Shown here one piece after another: positions 24,553 to 40,718 of a stretch of 64,000 nt of DNA (the first letter of the stretch is position 1; every line of letters starts with the position of its first letter). The DNA lies in NCBI RefSeq assembly GCF_009914755.1, contig NC_060943.1. The stretch is one strand, 5' to 3'. Source of the DNA: the human T2T-CHM13v2.0 reference genome, Homo sapiens. The notes under the pieces are model-generated. The model did not search any database, was not told where the DNA came from, and saw nothing but the letters and a program-made list of their open reading frames with translations. The position numbers and the translations under genes were made by a program.

Positions 24553-25781
24553 ATCAGTTGCTGAAACAGTGAATGAATGGATTGAATACATGAATGAAAG
24601 GAGCTAGGAGTTGGCTTGGATTGTTACAAGGATTAAAGAATATATGTTAAATTCCTAGCATGTGGTAGGTACTTGGTGATATTTGCTGAATGATTCGTCT
24701 ACTAAATAGCACCACTGTCTTATCCCCCTCACTTCTGCATGGCCGGCAGCCCCCAGTCTGTCCCTTCTGATCCCTGACCCCGACTCTCTCGGCCTCGTCC
24801 CTTCCTCTCCATCCTCACAGCCCTGGCCCCAGCTCACGCTTCCACCTGTCACCTCAGCCTCCTAACTTCCAGCCTCCCACCTCCAGTCCATCCTCACAAG
24901 ACCCCAGAGCTGCCCCTCCCAGCTCACCTGCCTCCTCCCCAAGCCCCTAGACAAGGTGGCAGCCTCTCAGCCCGGTGCCTGCCTCATATCTACCTGAGAA
25001 TCCTCCCTCCACAGACTAGTCTCCTAAGCTCTGTCCTGCGGTTCCCTTCAACCGTTCCTGTCGATGGGATTTCTTCCTCTGCGTGTGGTCAGAACTCCTG
25101 CTCAACCTTAAGGCCCCACTGCAGATATCGAGTCTTCCCTGATGCCCGGCCCCATCCCCTGGGAGTTTCTAGTGTTCCTCTCACTGTCTGTGCTCCCTCC
25201 ATTTTAGCATACATCGCCTCAAACCATGACTTTCTAGGTCCGTGTCTGCCTCCTGCTCCAAAGCGGAAGCTCCTGGGGGCATGGTTTTTGTTCACGGTTG
25301 AACTCCCCATGCCCAGTACCTGGGATGCGTGGGTGCTGTCTAAGCGCTGGCTGAATTCACAGGGGCATGGACGGATGGCTGAGCCTTTCTCTCCCCATTC
25401 TGCACCCAGAAGTGTTCTGGGTATGCCCTCCGTTTTCCTGATTGAATTTTTAAAAAAAACCCTAGGACCAAGGAGGGAGGCAGAGATGTTGATGGGGGTG
25501 AGGATGGGGTCGGTCGTGAGGGCAGGTGCAGTGTGGGAGGCAGGGTTGAGTTAGTTCGGGGGTTAGTGAGGAGCAGGGTGAGTCCTGGGTAGGTGGGTGT
25601 GGGGTCAGTGTCAGGAGCTGGGGGTTAACTGGGTGCAGCTGCTTGCAGTGAGGGGGCCGAAGTCTCGGTCAGTGGGGGCTGCATGTTCTCAGAAGGGTTA
25701 GTCAGGCAGGAGTGGGGAGTCTGGGGGTCCGGGGGATCAGAGGGTGGGGGCTACTTACCCCGGGGGGAGGGGGTTCGTCCA

Positions 25782-26336
<555 letters not shown>

Positions 26337-26721
26337 TCAGACAGAGAGACAAAGGAGAGAGTGAGGTGCGGTGAACACGCGGTGGGGCAAGATGTCTGCG
26401 AGGAGCAGATGCTGGGATGGTCGGCGGATGTTTGGCACTGGAAGTGGAGATTCAAGGGCAGGGTGATGGGAAGGAGTGGCCAGGAGGGTGGCAGGGGGCA
26501 CAGCTGGGAGAGGGTATCAAGGGGGCGCGGCTGGGGGGTGATCATGGGGGTTGAGTGCTGGGAAGGGCGACTGCAGTTGGGAAGGGTGGTCTGGACAGGG
26601 AGTTGGACAGATTGTGGTGGTGCAGGGAGGTGTTGAGAGCTGGGATGTGGTGGTGGTGCCAGGTGTGGGGTGCCAGGAAGGGTAGGACTGGGGTGGGATG
26701 CTGTTTAAAGATATGGTCTGG

Positions 26722-27406
<685 letters not shown>

Positions 27407-28451
27407 TCAGGGGGCTTGGCTGGGGTAGGGGTAGCGGGTGGAGGCATGGCTGGAGAGGATGTGGCAAGCTAGGAAGTGGCTGTTCAGGGAAGAGTGCTGG
27501 GCTCTGGGAAGGGCACCAAGGGGAAGGGCTAGGTTAGGTGAGAGATGGGAGGTGGGACGTGGGGGTCCCCTAGGCTCTGACTCCAGCTATTTTTAACTGG
27601 TGTGAAACTGGGTCAGCGGCTGAGGGAGCAAGATGGGGGCCAAGTGGCCCAGCTCCCTTTCTTGACCTACTTAAGGCGGGGCAGTGCAGGGGGGGGCCAC
27701 CAGCCTCTCCTTCCTCCTAGACTCCCAAGCCACTGCCTCTGAGGCATAGACACCCCCTGGGGGAGGAACACACACAGAAGCACAGGTAACTTTCTTCTCC
27801 CTCATCTCTCGCTTGTCTCTTCCTCTGAGCAGCACCTCTCTGGATCTCTCTTTGGGACCCTCCCAGGCTGCCCACAGCAAAGCCGACTGACCAGGCCCTG
27901 GTTTCCGTTCTGCCCTGGGGGATCTGCCCTGGCCTGACTCTCCGTTTTGAAGTGTGTCTGCCTCTTGGGCTTGCTGTCATTAGAACCCAAACTCTCTGCC
28001 GCTGACCGCCCCCACCTCCGCCCAAAATCTACATCCCATCTCTCTCTGGTCTCCATGACAATCTCTCGGTTTCTGACTCCCCGCCTCAGACCCTATCGGC
28101 TTCAGTCTCTCTTCCCTCAGGGCTGTCTCCCGGATGCTCAGATGCTGCTACGTTCCCTGGGGTTCTGCCTCGGGTCTGCCTGTGATTCCTGTGAGACCCT
28201 CTTTCTGTGTCTCTCTGAGCCCCACGCTCCTCCGGGTCCCTCTCTCTGCACAGCTGATGACACTGCCTCTGCCTCGCCAGCCCCTCTGAATATCTTGCAA
28301 ATCTGTTTCTCCCCAAAACTCTTTCCCATGAAACCTATGTCTCTGTGTGATTATCTGTGCCTCCTTCTTCGCCTGAGCTCCTGCTGTTGGTTTTTTTCTC
28401 CCTCACCTCTTCGACGCCAACCACCCCAGGTTCTCTGAACCCCGGCAGCTA

Positions 28452-29663
<1,212 letters not shown>

Positions 29664-31284
29664 TCAGGTTGGCCATAACATCCAGAAGACCCTTCCAGTG
29701 CCCCCTTCCCCAGCCTCCTGGGCCCAAACTCTGGGCAAAATCCAGGTGTCTCAGCCCTGTGGCTCCATCACTTCCAGAATCCCATTCTCCCCTCTAAAGC
29801 TAGCAAAAAGGGAGAGAAAGGAACAGAGGCAGTTGGAGAAGAGCTGGCCCCAGCAGACGCAGCAGATGGGCAGCTTCTTTCCTTGGAAACATTTCTGGCC
29901 CCTTGCTGTTTCCTAGACCACCTCCCCCCACCCTCCTGTTCCCTGTGTCCTATTTCAGGGCCCCCCAGCAGGGTCCACAGGTTCTGCTGTGGGACGGGAG
30001 CCGCCAGGCCTAAGATCACACATCCTGTGTGTCTCGGAGGCTTTAGGGCTCAGCTTGGAGCTGAGCAGACGGGAAGGGAGAAGGCGGGCAGGGAGGCAGA
30101 ATCGTGAGGTGGTTAAGAGTCGGCGAGCCTGGGCATGAATCTGGCTTTTAACCTGTCAAAACTGGGCAAGGAGACTGAGCTTTCTGAACCAGAAGTTTGT
30201 AGTGGGATTGTTGTGAGGATTAAATTAGATGAGCGTACGAAGGACTTGGCTCCAAACACAGTGCTTGGAGCAGTGCCTGGAACACAGTAAGAAGACCTGA
30301 GCTGTTGTTAGGGTATGCAGGCAGCAGTTAGTTGGGGGGCAAGGTCAAGGCCTCACCCAGAGAGGACAGGGCAGTGGTGGTGCCACAGAGGGGAGGTGGG
30401 GGTCCGGGCCCTTAAGGGAGGAGGGGTTGAAGGGTTAAGCCTGCAAAAATGGAAGAGGAGATAAAAGAGGAGAGTCAGGCAGGGTTTAGGGCCCTGAAGA
30501 GGAAGGAGAGTCACTGGCCTGGACATTGTGGGAAAAGGCAGAGCCAGGGCCAAAGAGAAGTTAGGGCATTTGCCAAAGGGGCAGAGAATGAGGGGTGAAG
30601 GGTCCTGAGCCATTTCAAGATGGGGGATAACCAGAGTCCTGCCACACAGTGATGTGGGTTTTGATGAAGGCCTAGAAGAGGAGGGAGTGGGGTCAGGGTC
30701 TTGGAGAAGGAAAGCAATGGGCCAGGCCCCTAGAGATGTCATGGGCTTTATCAGATATGCAGAGGGGTGGGAGGGGAGAGGAGTGCATTGGAGAGGGAAG
30801 GAAGACAGGTGTTATAGTAAAGAGAGGGTTTTAATCCTGCGGGTAGTGGAGGAGGGAGGGCATGGGGAGTTTTGCTATTAATCAGGGGCACAGAGCACGG
30901 GGAGGCCACTGCTGGACCACAGAGAGGACCTTGGACTTTGGGGTGGGCCAAGGGCCAGCACTGTCCCTCTGTGCACCCCCCTTCCTCCACAGGGGTTGGG
31001 CTCTGGGCTTGACTTCACTGAGGTGCAGAGCTGGGAAGTAGTGGGTGGAGAGTTTCGGGGCCACAGAGAGGACCCTGGACGTTGGGGTGGGCTGGGGGCC
31101 GGCGCAGGTCCTCTCTGAACTCCCCCCCACCCCCACCTTCGCTTCTCTGCAGTGGTTTAAGAGGCCAGAGGCCTTCGCAGAGCGCATGCCTAGTTCCCCG
31201 CCCCCTCCGAGCCGGGCGCGCGGCGCTAGCTGCGGCACCGCAGTGGGGGCGGGCCAGCCGGGCCGGGGGGCGGGGCGCACGGCG

Positions 31285-31305
31285 GCCAGTACCGCGGACA
31301 GCTCC
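31285..31305 (+). promoter_or_regulatory. RE1/NRSE (REST) site in a KCNC3 intron 1 CpG island
   Basis: GCCAGTACCGCGGACAGCTCC matches TTCAGCACCACGGACAGCGCC at 16/21, with the ACCnnGGACAG core intact. Confidence 0.7.
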
Positions 31306-33454
31306 CCCGCCGCAGTGCGCAGCCGCAGCGGCTAGGGGCCGTCTTAACCCCTTCCGGGCCGGAGCCTATTCAACGCGCAGCCGCAGTGTTGCTGCTTTCC
31401 GGCGGGAGGCCAAGGGCCAAGAGTCTAATTAACTCCTTCCCTCCCAGGGCACAGGGAAAGGTGGGCACCCGCCGCAGTGCGCAGCTGCAGAGGCTGGACG
31501 GCGTCGGGCTGGTTTAACCCCTTACTCCAGAGTGTGTCAAAAGCAGAAGGGGTAGGAGGGCATGGAGTCTCTGTAAGAAGGAAAGGAGTGATTACGAGGA
31601 AGGGGGCGGGGGCAGGGGGCTGTAGGGTCGGACCCTCCACTTCGCTTTGGCCTCAGCTCCCAACTCTCTCAAGCCATATCACTGGGAGGCTGGAAAGGGC
31701 TCGGCACACCTTGGACACCCAAAACACATTGGCGGAGTAAATGAGTATCTCCCGTAGCTGTCCCGAACACCTAGCCTGACCATCACAGAAGAACTCTAAC
31801 TTCATCCCGCTCCTCATCTCAGCACCCTTCAATGCGGTCACAGGAGAGAAGGGCGCCCCGGCCATGGGGGAAGGAGCCGCTCAGTGTCTTGAGGGGGCAT
31901 CCAGGGCCATGTCCCTTCCGCACCTCCTCTTCCCCACCTCCCCCCATCCAACCCCAAATCTCGCCAACTCAGCGCTTTCTGGGGACCAAACTTTATGCGG
32001 TGGCTCCAGGCGTCCCCCCGCTCCCTCCCCCGGCGCGAATGCGGCACTGCGGCTCCGCGTCCTTCCCGGCTCAGGACGCGGCACGGTGGGGGGAGGGGGC
32101 CAAGACCTGCTCCTCTGTGTTTGGGTACCCAGGAGCCCAGGAGGGGGTCTTGGGATCGCTCTTATTTCCCCCATTTCCAATTGCCCCCATTTTGCACTGC
32201 CCCCCTTTTCCACCACATTCTCCCTCCGGGGTCCCCGGGACAGGGAGGAAGTTAGTAGGAGGAAATGGTTCAGGAGAGAACCCAGGGGGAGGGTAGTCAT
32301 TTAGCCTAGGAAGTTATGGATGCTTGAGGAAAGTTTTCTGGGAGCGATGGAGAGAGCTTTGGGGAAAATCTAGAATTTGGAGAGAGAGAGAAGGCTCTTT
32401 GGTTCACTTTGATGGAGGGGGACAGACTGAGGGGCTAGGTTCTGGGTTTTGCACGGCGGGGGGGGGAGGTTCGAGAAAGGAAGAGGGCAGGTGGAAGGAA
32501 TCCCAGGGCAAGGTAGAAAGAATTGTAAGTTATTTTGAGATGAAAGTTTTAGGGCTGATGACTTGAGGGGCCTCCCAGGGTTTGAGGTTAGAAAAAGTTC
32601 TAGAGCAGGAGGGAAAGTCACTTAGACTAGGAAAGGGGCTGTGGGGGCTTTGGATGGGGGGAGTCCCAGGGATAGAGAGTGCACTGTGCAGTTAAAATGA
32701 TGGAGAGGAGAAGCTGCGAGGATCTATGGAGGAGGAAGAACAATTCTGGAGGACATGTGAGGGTTCTGGAGAGGAAAGGCATATGATGGGGGCATGGGAT
32801 GCTTCTGGAGGCACTGAGGAGGAGTGTGAAAGGCTTGGGGGAAGTCTGGAGCTTTATGGGGAAAGTCCTTGAGATGGGAGTTGGCGTGGAGGTTGAAGAG
32901 TGTTAAACACAGAGTGAACACAGAGGGGGCCTGGAGGTTCCAACGGAGAAGATGCCCCAAGACTCAGTATTGCAGTGAGGGGGAGGTGAAAATGTCCAGG
33001 CAAGAACAAGTGGAGGTTTAGAGGGGTCCAGAAGGCTGTGAGGTTGGGGTGGGGGAGTTTTCTGAGACTCTGAGAGCAGAAGATACTGCAGGAAGGGAGT
33101 GGAAAAAATAATCAGAAGATTCAAACTTGGAGAGAGAGGTCTTCTGGGAGACGGGCCACGGGGTGAATCGGGGAGGTGCTGGGAGAGACTGAGAGTTGAA
33201 TAGGGGGCCCCAGAGAGTCTGGAGAAGGCAGGGAAAGTGGGGGTCAGGGCTCACAGGGCCTAGGAGAATTTGAGGGCTGAGAAGGGATGTCTTCTGAGGG
33301 GCTGGGGAAGGTCCAAGAAACCAAGGGCTGGACGGTGACCAAGAGTAGTGAGAAGAGATTTGATGGGGCCCAGGAGACATGAGGGTTGGGGAGGGTCTCA
33401 GAGGAGCCCAGGAAAGGTGGGGACCGGGTTGTTCAGAGAAGCACGGGAGATTCA

Positions 33455-35130
<1,676 letters not shown>

Positions 35131-35432
35131 CAGATCGCACGCCCTCACCTAAAACACCGCTAGGCAGGACCTGGTGGGGAGGAGCATTGCTTGGAAGAGA
35201 CAGGGCCGCAGAAAGTAGAAACGGTCCAGATGAGACTGCATGGGGCGGGAACTAGAGATGGAGGACTTTCCCGCGCAAGGGGGACAGGCTGGACTGAAAG
35301 AGGACACGGGAAGAACAAAGACTTAGACTCGGTGAGAAGGTGTTGAAACTTGAGAGAGTCCTGGAAACCCGAGAGGGTCTGGATAGGCCTAAGGGAGGGA
35401 GCGGGGCTGAGGCTCCAAGGCGGGCCTGGTTA

Positions 35433-35861
<429 letters not shown>

Positions 35862-37030
35862 CTAAGGAAGGAGCGGGGCTTGAGGGTCTTGAAAGCAACC
35901 AGGGTAGGCGAGGGCAGGGCAGGGCTAAGGGAGGGTAGAGGAACGGGAGAGGTGGATCCCAGGGGAACAATGAGACTACAAAGAGTACAAAGCTACTGGG
36001 CTGGATGGAGGGGAGGGACCTGGAACGGGGAGTCTTCGGGATCAGAAGACCTGGGAGAGGGCACTGCCTAAAGGTCACAGGGTCTCAAAGGGCGAGGCGA
36101 GAACTTCTAACGAACGCTACACCGCGGCGGACTGCAGATTGGAGGACCGAGGGTAGATGAGGACTGGTGAGGAGGGGGCACGCAAGGAGGCAGAGAGGAC
36201 GGGAGAGGGGAGAGGCCAAAGCGCCAGGAAGCACCGTCAAGACTGAGGCAATATAGGCAGGACCGATAAAAAATGGGGTGGGCTAGGAGTCTCAGAGGTC
36301 GGGTTCTGGGGAAGAATGGAGTGAGGGGCGGGGCCAGAAAAAGGGGACCGCCTCGGAGCGGGCCGTCCCCGCCCCCTGGGCGGTCGTAGGCTCCGAGAGG
36401 CAGAGCGCAGGCTCAGGGGGCTGGGGCGGGGCCAGCGGCTGCGGCTGGGGCTGCGGAGGGAGGAGGCGGCGCCTGCGGGAGCGAAGGGGGCGGGTCAGGG
36501 GGCTGCGGGCGCCCTCGGGCAGCACAGTTTCTGGCCCGCCGCTTCCTGCTGCAGGTGCGGCGGCTGATTCGTATCGCCTCCCAACCCCATCCCACCCCCG
36601 CTCCCGTTTCTGGGTTTCTTGGCGTCTCTTTTTCTCCCTTCTTGAGTATTTGTGCCGCCGTCTCTGTTCCCACCCCTCTGAGTCTCCGACCCCTCGTTTG
36701 TAAATCTGCCCTCCTGGGTCTCTGATTCTGTCCCCCTCCTTCTGAGTCTTTGCTCCTCTTCTCTCTAGGCCTCAGTCTCTCCTCCCTGGTGTCTCAGTCC
36801 CCGCCCCCCGACCCCAGCTCCCCCGAGTCTCTTTCTCTTGGTTTCTGTACCATTTTATCAGGGGTGTGCCTCTCTGTCTGGGGCTCTGTACCGCACTCCC
36901 TGGGTCTTGTGTCCCTGTCCTCTACTCCCTCCCCGCAACCCGCTTTGTCCTGCCTCCTCTCTGGGTCTCTGCCCTTTCATCTGAGTCTGTCTCCTCCTTG
37001 CTCTCTGACAACCTCTTTCCCCTCCCCCTT

Positions 37031-37187
37031 CTTCTTCCCCTTCTCCCCATCTCTGGTGTATTTCCCCCTCCTTCTTCCCCTTCTCCCCATCTCTGGTGTA
37101 TTTCCCCCTCCTTCTTCCCCTTCTCCCCATCTCTGGTGTATTTCCCCCTCCTTCTTCCCCTTCTCCCCATCTCTGGTGTATTTCCCC
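37031..37187. repeat. 40-bp minisatellite, ~3.9 perfect copies
   Basis: Unit ttctccccatctctggtgtatttccccctccttcttcccc at 37041, 37081, 37121, and partial at 37161. Confidence 0.95.
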
Positions 37188-39322
37188 GTCTTCCGTCTCT
37201 TTCCCTCCTCTGTCTCTGCTCTTTCTCTTGCTGGCTCTCTGTTCTTCTCTCTCTCCCTCTAAGTTTCTGCCTCTTCACTTTCTCTATGTCCCCTCCCTGA
37301 GTCTCTATTCCTCCTATGTTTCACCTTCTTCTGGGTCTCTCTCTTTCTAGGTCTCTGTCTCCACTTCCTGGGGACCCTGTCCCCCTCTCTCTGGGTCTCC
37401 GTTCCTTTTTCTCAGACCCCCCATCACCCTCTCTAACCCCCGTCCTAGCTGGGACTGCGTCACTGCAGAGAGAGTTGCAGAAGTGGGGCCTGTCCTGCAG
37501 CCCAGGAAGGTCGTTGCCCTCACTCCCCAGACCCAGGGCTCTCCATTGCACCCAATCCATCATGTCCTTCAGCTTCTGATGGAATCCAAGAGGGCACAGA
37601 AAAGACATAGGTACTTCCTACCCCTTCCCCGAATTCTGGTGCACCCCCAGGCAGAAGCAGAGAATCCTGAGGTGAGGGACTGGGCTGGGGCTGGATGAGG
37701 CTCCTGGGCAATTGGGGGTGGGGTGGTGGAGGCAGGAGCAAGGGCTGGGTAGGCACTATGGGCTAGGTAAGGACCTCGGTCGCCATCCTCCTCCACACTC
37801 CCCCCTCAACCCTGCTTTTCCCTTCTGCTTTTCACAGCAGCCAGGCACGGTATCAAGTGGCTAAATCAGCGTTTTTTTGCAGAGGTCAGAAGTGTGGGAG
37901 AAGGTGGGGGCTGTGGGGAAAAGGGGCTGGAATAAGGAGGAATGTGCGATGCGACTCAGGATTAGAGGCCATGGGAGGGGAAGAGGCAGCGGGCCGGGAG
38001 TAGCAGGCTGGTCCGTCCACATTCCATCAGGCCCTGGGAAACTTGGATGCCAGCACTCCCTCATGGCCCTCCACAGACCCCACCAGGGTCTATGGGAGGA
38101 TTTGTGAGCCTGGAGTCTCCACCCACCCATTAGAGAGGAGGGGGCTTCTGGAAGCTTCATGAGGGCTCCAAATACTGGACACTCAGCTATGTTCACAGAC
38201 CAGGAGGAAGTAGACTCGACTCTTGACTAGGGACACCAGGAGGGGAGAGGCCAACGTCTGTCTCGTTTTCAGTTCCTTTCCCCACCCCTGCTCCTCCCAA
38301 TCCATCCGTTCCCAGGCCCTCAAGACACAAAATTCCTGAAAGCTCCAACTCCCATCTACGTCATCTTCGGCGTCCCCTGATAACCCTCCCTCCCCCATTA
38401 CCCCAGGCCCTGGAATTGGGGAAGGGTCTTCCCTCCCTGACTTCTACGACCCCTTCCTTGTTCCTCTGCCCCCATTCCCACCCGGTTCCATTCGGAGCCT
38501 TGGTCTCTGGACACCAAAGGTGAAAATGTGAGGACTCTCTGCCTACGATCCTTCGTCCCCTAAAACCCTCCAAGTACCTTGGCCCCGAAAGCTCAGAGTC
38601 GAGGGGAATCTCCCCGCTATAATCTTTGGGTCCCTGGATCCCAAGTCCCCCGTCTCCAAAACTAGGATTCGGGCTGTCTTACCGCCCCCGGACCCTGAGC
38701 CTTCGCCCCCTCCCCCGTACTCACCCCAAGTCGAGGCGAGGTGGGGATGGGGGAATCCGGGGCTCGAGATGGGGGGAGGGGTGACCCAGCCCCGGCAGCT
38801 CTGGGCAGCAAGAGGCTGCAGAGGGGGGAGTGACATCACCGCCGGAGGAGGGGCAGCACCGCTCCCCCAACCCAGGGGCTTCAAGCTCCGCCTTTATGGC
38901 GGACCCCGGGGTCCTGGAATGCCAAGGCAGAGAGGAGAAACAGGAGACGAGGTCCGAGGGAACGGTATCCCCGCCCCTTAGAACAGGAACTGGTAAACCC
39001 TTACCAATTACAGCCACCCCCGACTGCCACCTGTGGCTGCCGTCGCGACCTGTCGCCTCCCACGCATGTTGTGGCTGCGCCCGCCCCCGTCAGGGCGTGA
39101 CCACGGCGTGGACTACAACGACCGTGAAGCTCCACGGAGCCAGGAGCCTTTGACGAAAGGCAGCGTAGGCGAGGGCCTTCATGGGACTCGTAGTACAAGG
39201 CCCATCACAAGGGTGCGCCGTGGAGAAAAGGGGTGATACCCTTCGCCTCCCTCTCTTCCTCAACTCCGTGGGTCCATGCACAAAGCTTTCTCTTCAAAAA
39301 GTACGCTCTGAAAAGAAGCAAC

Positions 39323-39637
39323 CTAGGCAGGTTCGTTCAATGGAAATATTGGATTTTTACTGAGTAGCGCTAGCTCTGCTACCCGGTGCGCATGCGCATC
39401 ACCTGGGCGGCACCCGCGGTACTGCGCCTGCGCGGTCTCGCGCCTTCCCAGGTCCGCTCCGCGAGGGCGAGCGCGCGCCAGTCCCACTCGTGCGCCGCTC
39501 TTCATGTCCCCGCGGTCGAAGACGGTCACATACGCCCCCAAGAAAACGTCGCCGAGGATCCACACAGGTACTGGAGGCGAAGCGATGTCCAAGGCCCGGA
39601 AGCCGGACAAGCAGAGGCGGACGTCACCCTGAGCAAA
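39323..39637 (-). pseudogene. NAPSB: NAPSB exon 9 with read-through extension
   Basis: FAQGDVRLCLSGF...WILGDVFLGAYVTVFDRGDM...AQAQYRG-C(TGC)...EPA-TAG. Confidence 0.92.
39356..39361 (-). terminator. NAPSB variant poly(A) signal AGTAAA
   Basis: The only hexamer-like signal seen near the exon 9 end; it lies upstream of the first in-frame TAG. Confidence 0.6.
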
Positions 39638-39842
39638 CTGCAAGGCGACAAGGCGGCAACTGGGTGTCCAGGCCGCAGGAACCACCATTTCCCTGGGAGT
39701 CCGTGCTCTCTCCGCCCCCAACCCCGGGGACAAGAAATGTTTCTGTGGCCCCTTCCGGCCCTAGTGATGTCCAACTACCAGCTCCACCCTCTCAACTCCA
39801 GTCATATTACATCACTGTGGCGTCATTATGACGGACACCTAC

Positions 39843-39941
39843 CTGGATGACGTAATCCTGGGCCGTGAGATTAAACCAGACCCCCCCAATGAGGAGTGAG
39901 ACTGCGGGGAGCTTTGGGATTTCTGAGCACCGGATGATGTA
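39843..39941 (-). pseudogene. NAPSB: NAPSB exon 8
   Basis: YIIRCSEIPKLPAVSLLIGGVWFNLTAQDYVIQ; donor CAG|gtaggt. Confidence 0.9.
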
Positions 39942-40365
39942 CTGGTGGAGGAGAGGAACAAGTGAAGATGGGAGATTCCTGCTCTGCTCAAATCCCGTCC
40001 GTGGCTCCCCAGTGCCATGGAGTAATGTTCATATTGAGCACCTGGGTATTCAGCACCGTGTGTGGACAGCCCTGTTGCCTAGGCTCCTCTCATCTAGTCC
40101 CAAACAAAACTGCATTATCATCTCCCCCAACAACCCCCACCCCCACTCCCACCCCTACTTCACCATCCACTGAGCCACTTAGCATAGACACTTGGGAAGT
40201 ATCTTTGCTTCCTCCCACCACTCTCTGGCATGTCACTTAAGAAGCCCAGTCCCCTCTGTCCTGGATACGCTCTAGCTACCTGCTTCCCATCCTCAGGCCG
40301 CAGTGTTCGCCATGGAATTGCCATCATCTTCCCCAGGACACACCCACCAGAGACTGGGACCTCAC

Positions 40366-40510
40366 CTCCCCAGCCAGCAAGGGGATTCCCCCAATGGCTG
40401 CATGCAGGGCCCGGATCTCCTCAGTGGGTCCTACGATGACAGGTGTGCCTGTATCCAGGATGGCAGCACAGCCCTGGGCACAGAGAGTCAGCCGTGAGCC
40501 CACCTTCACA
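40366..40510 (-). pseudogene. NAPSB: NAPSB exon 7 (second catalytic Asp)
   Basis: [48 protein letters not shown]. Confidence 0.93.
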
Positions 40511-40595
40511 CTGAGGGGGAAGGAAGCAGTCATTAGAGGCAGGGTCCTAGGAGTCCAGGCCTCCAGCTCCAGACCCAGGAGACCAAGTCCCTCAC

Positions 40596-40718
40596 CGCTC
40601 CATGTGGATCTGCCAGTAGGCGGGGACTGTGACTGGCACGAAGGTGAGGGGTGGGATGTAGTGTGCCGGGTCTGAGCCCCCCAGGACCAGCTCTCCTCCA
40701 TCAGCCACTTCAGGGTCC
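40596..40718 (-). pseudogene. NAPSB: NAPSB exon 6
   Basis: [40 protein letters not shown](R). Confidence 0.92.

Larger units (their letters stand above)
38800..39640 (-). promoter_or_regulatory. CpG island with promoter motifs overlapping the NAPSB 3' end (candidate distal KCNC3 promoter/first exon)
   Basis: Perfect NRF1 palindrome TGCGCATGCGCA at 39387-39398. ZNF143-like sites at 39111-39130 and 39175-39194. GC box at ~39080. Minus-strand donor TTG|gtaagg at 39005/39004. Confidence 0.6.

Noticed and set aside
37031-37187. CRISPR-like array
   Set aside because: Units are contiguous with no unique spacers, in eukaryotic context; it is a minisatellite.
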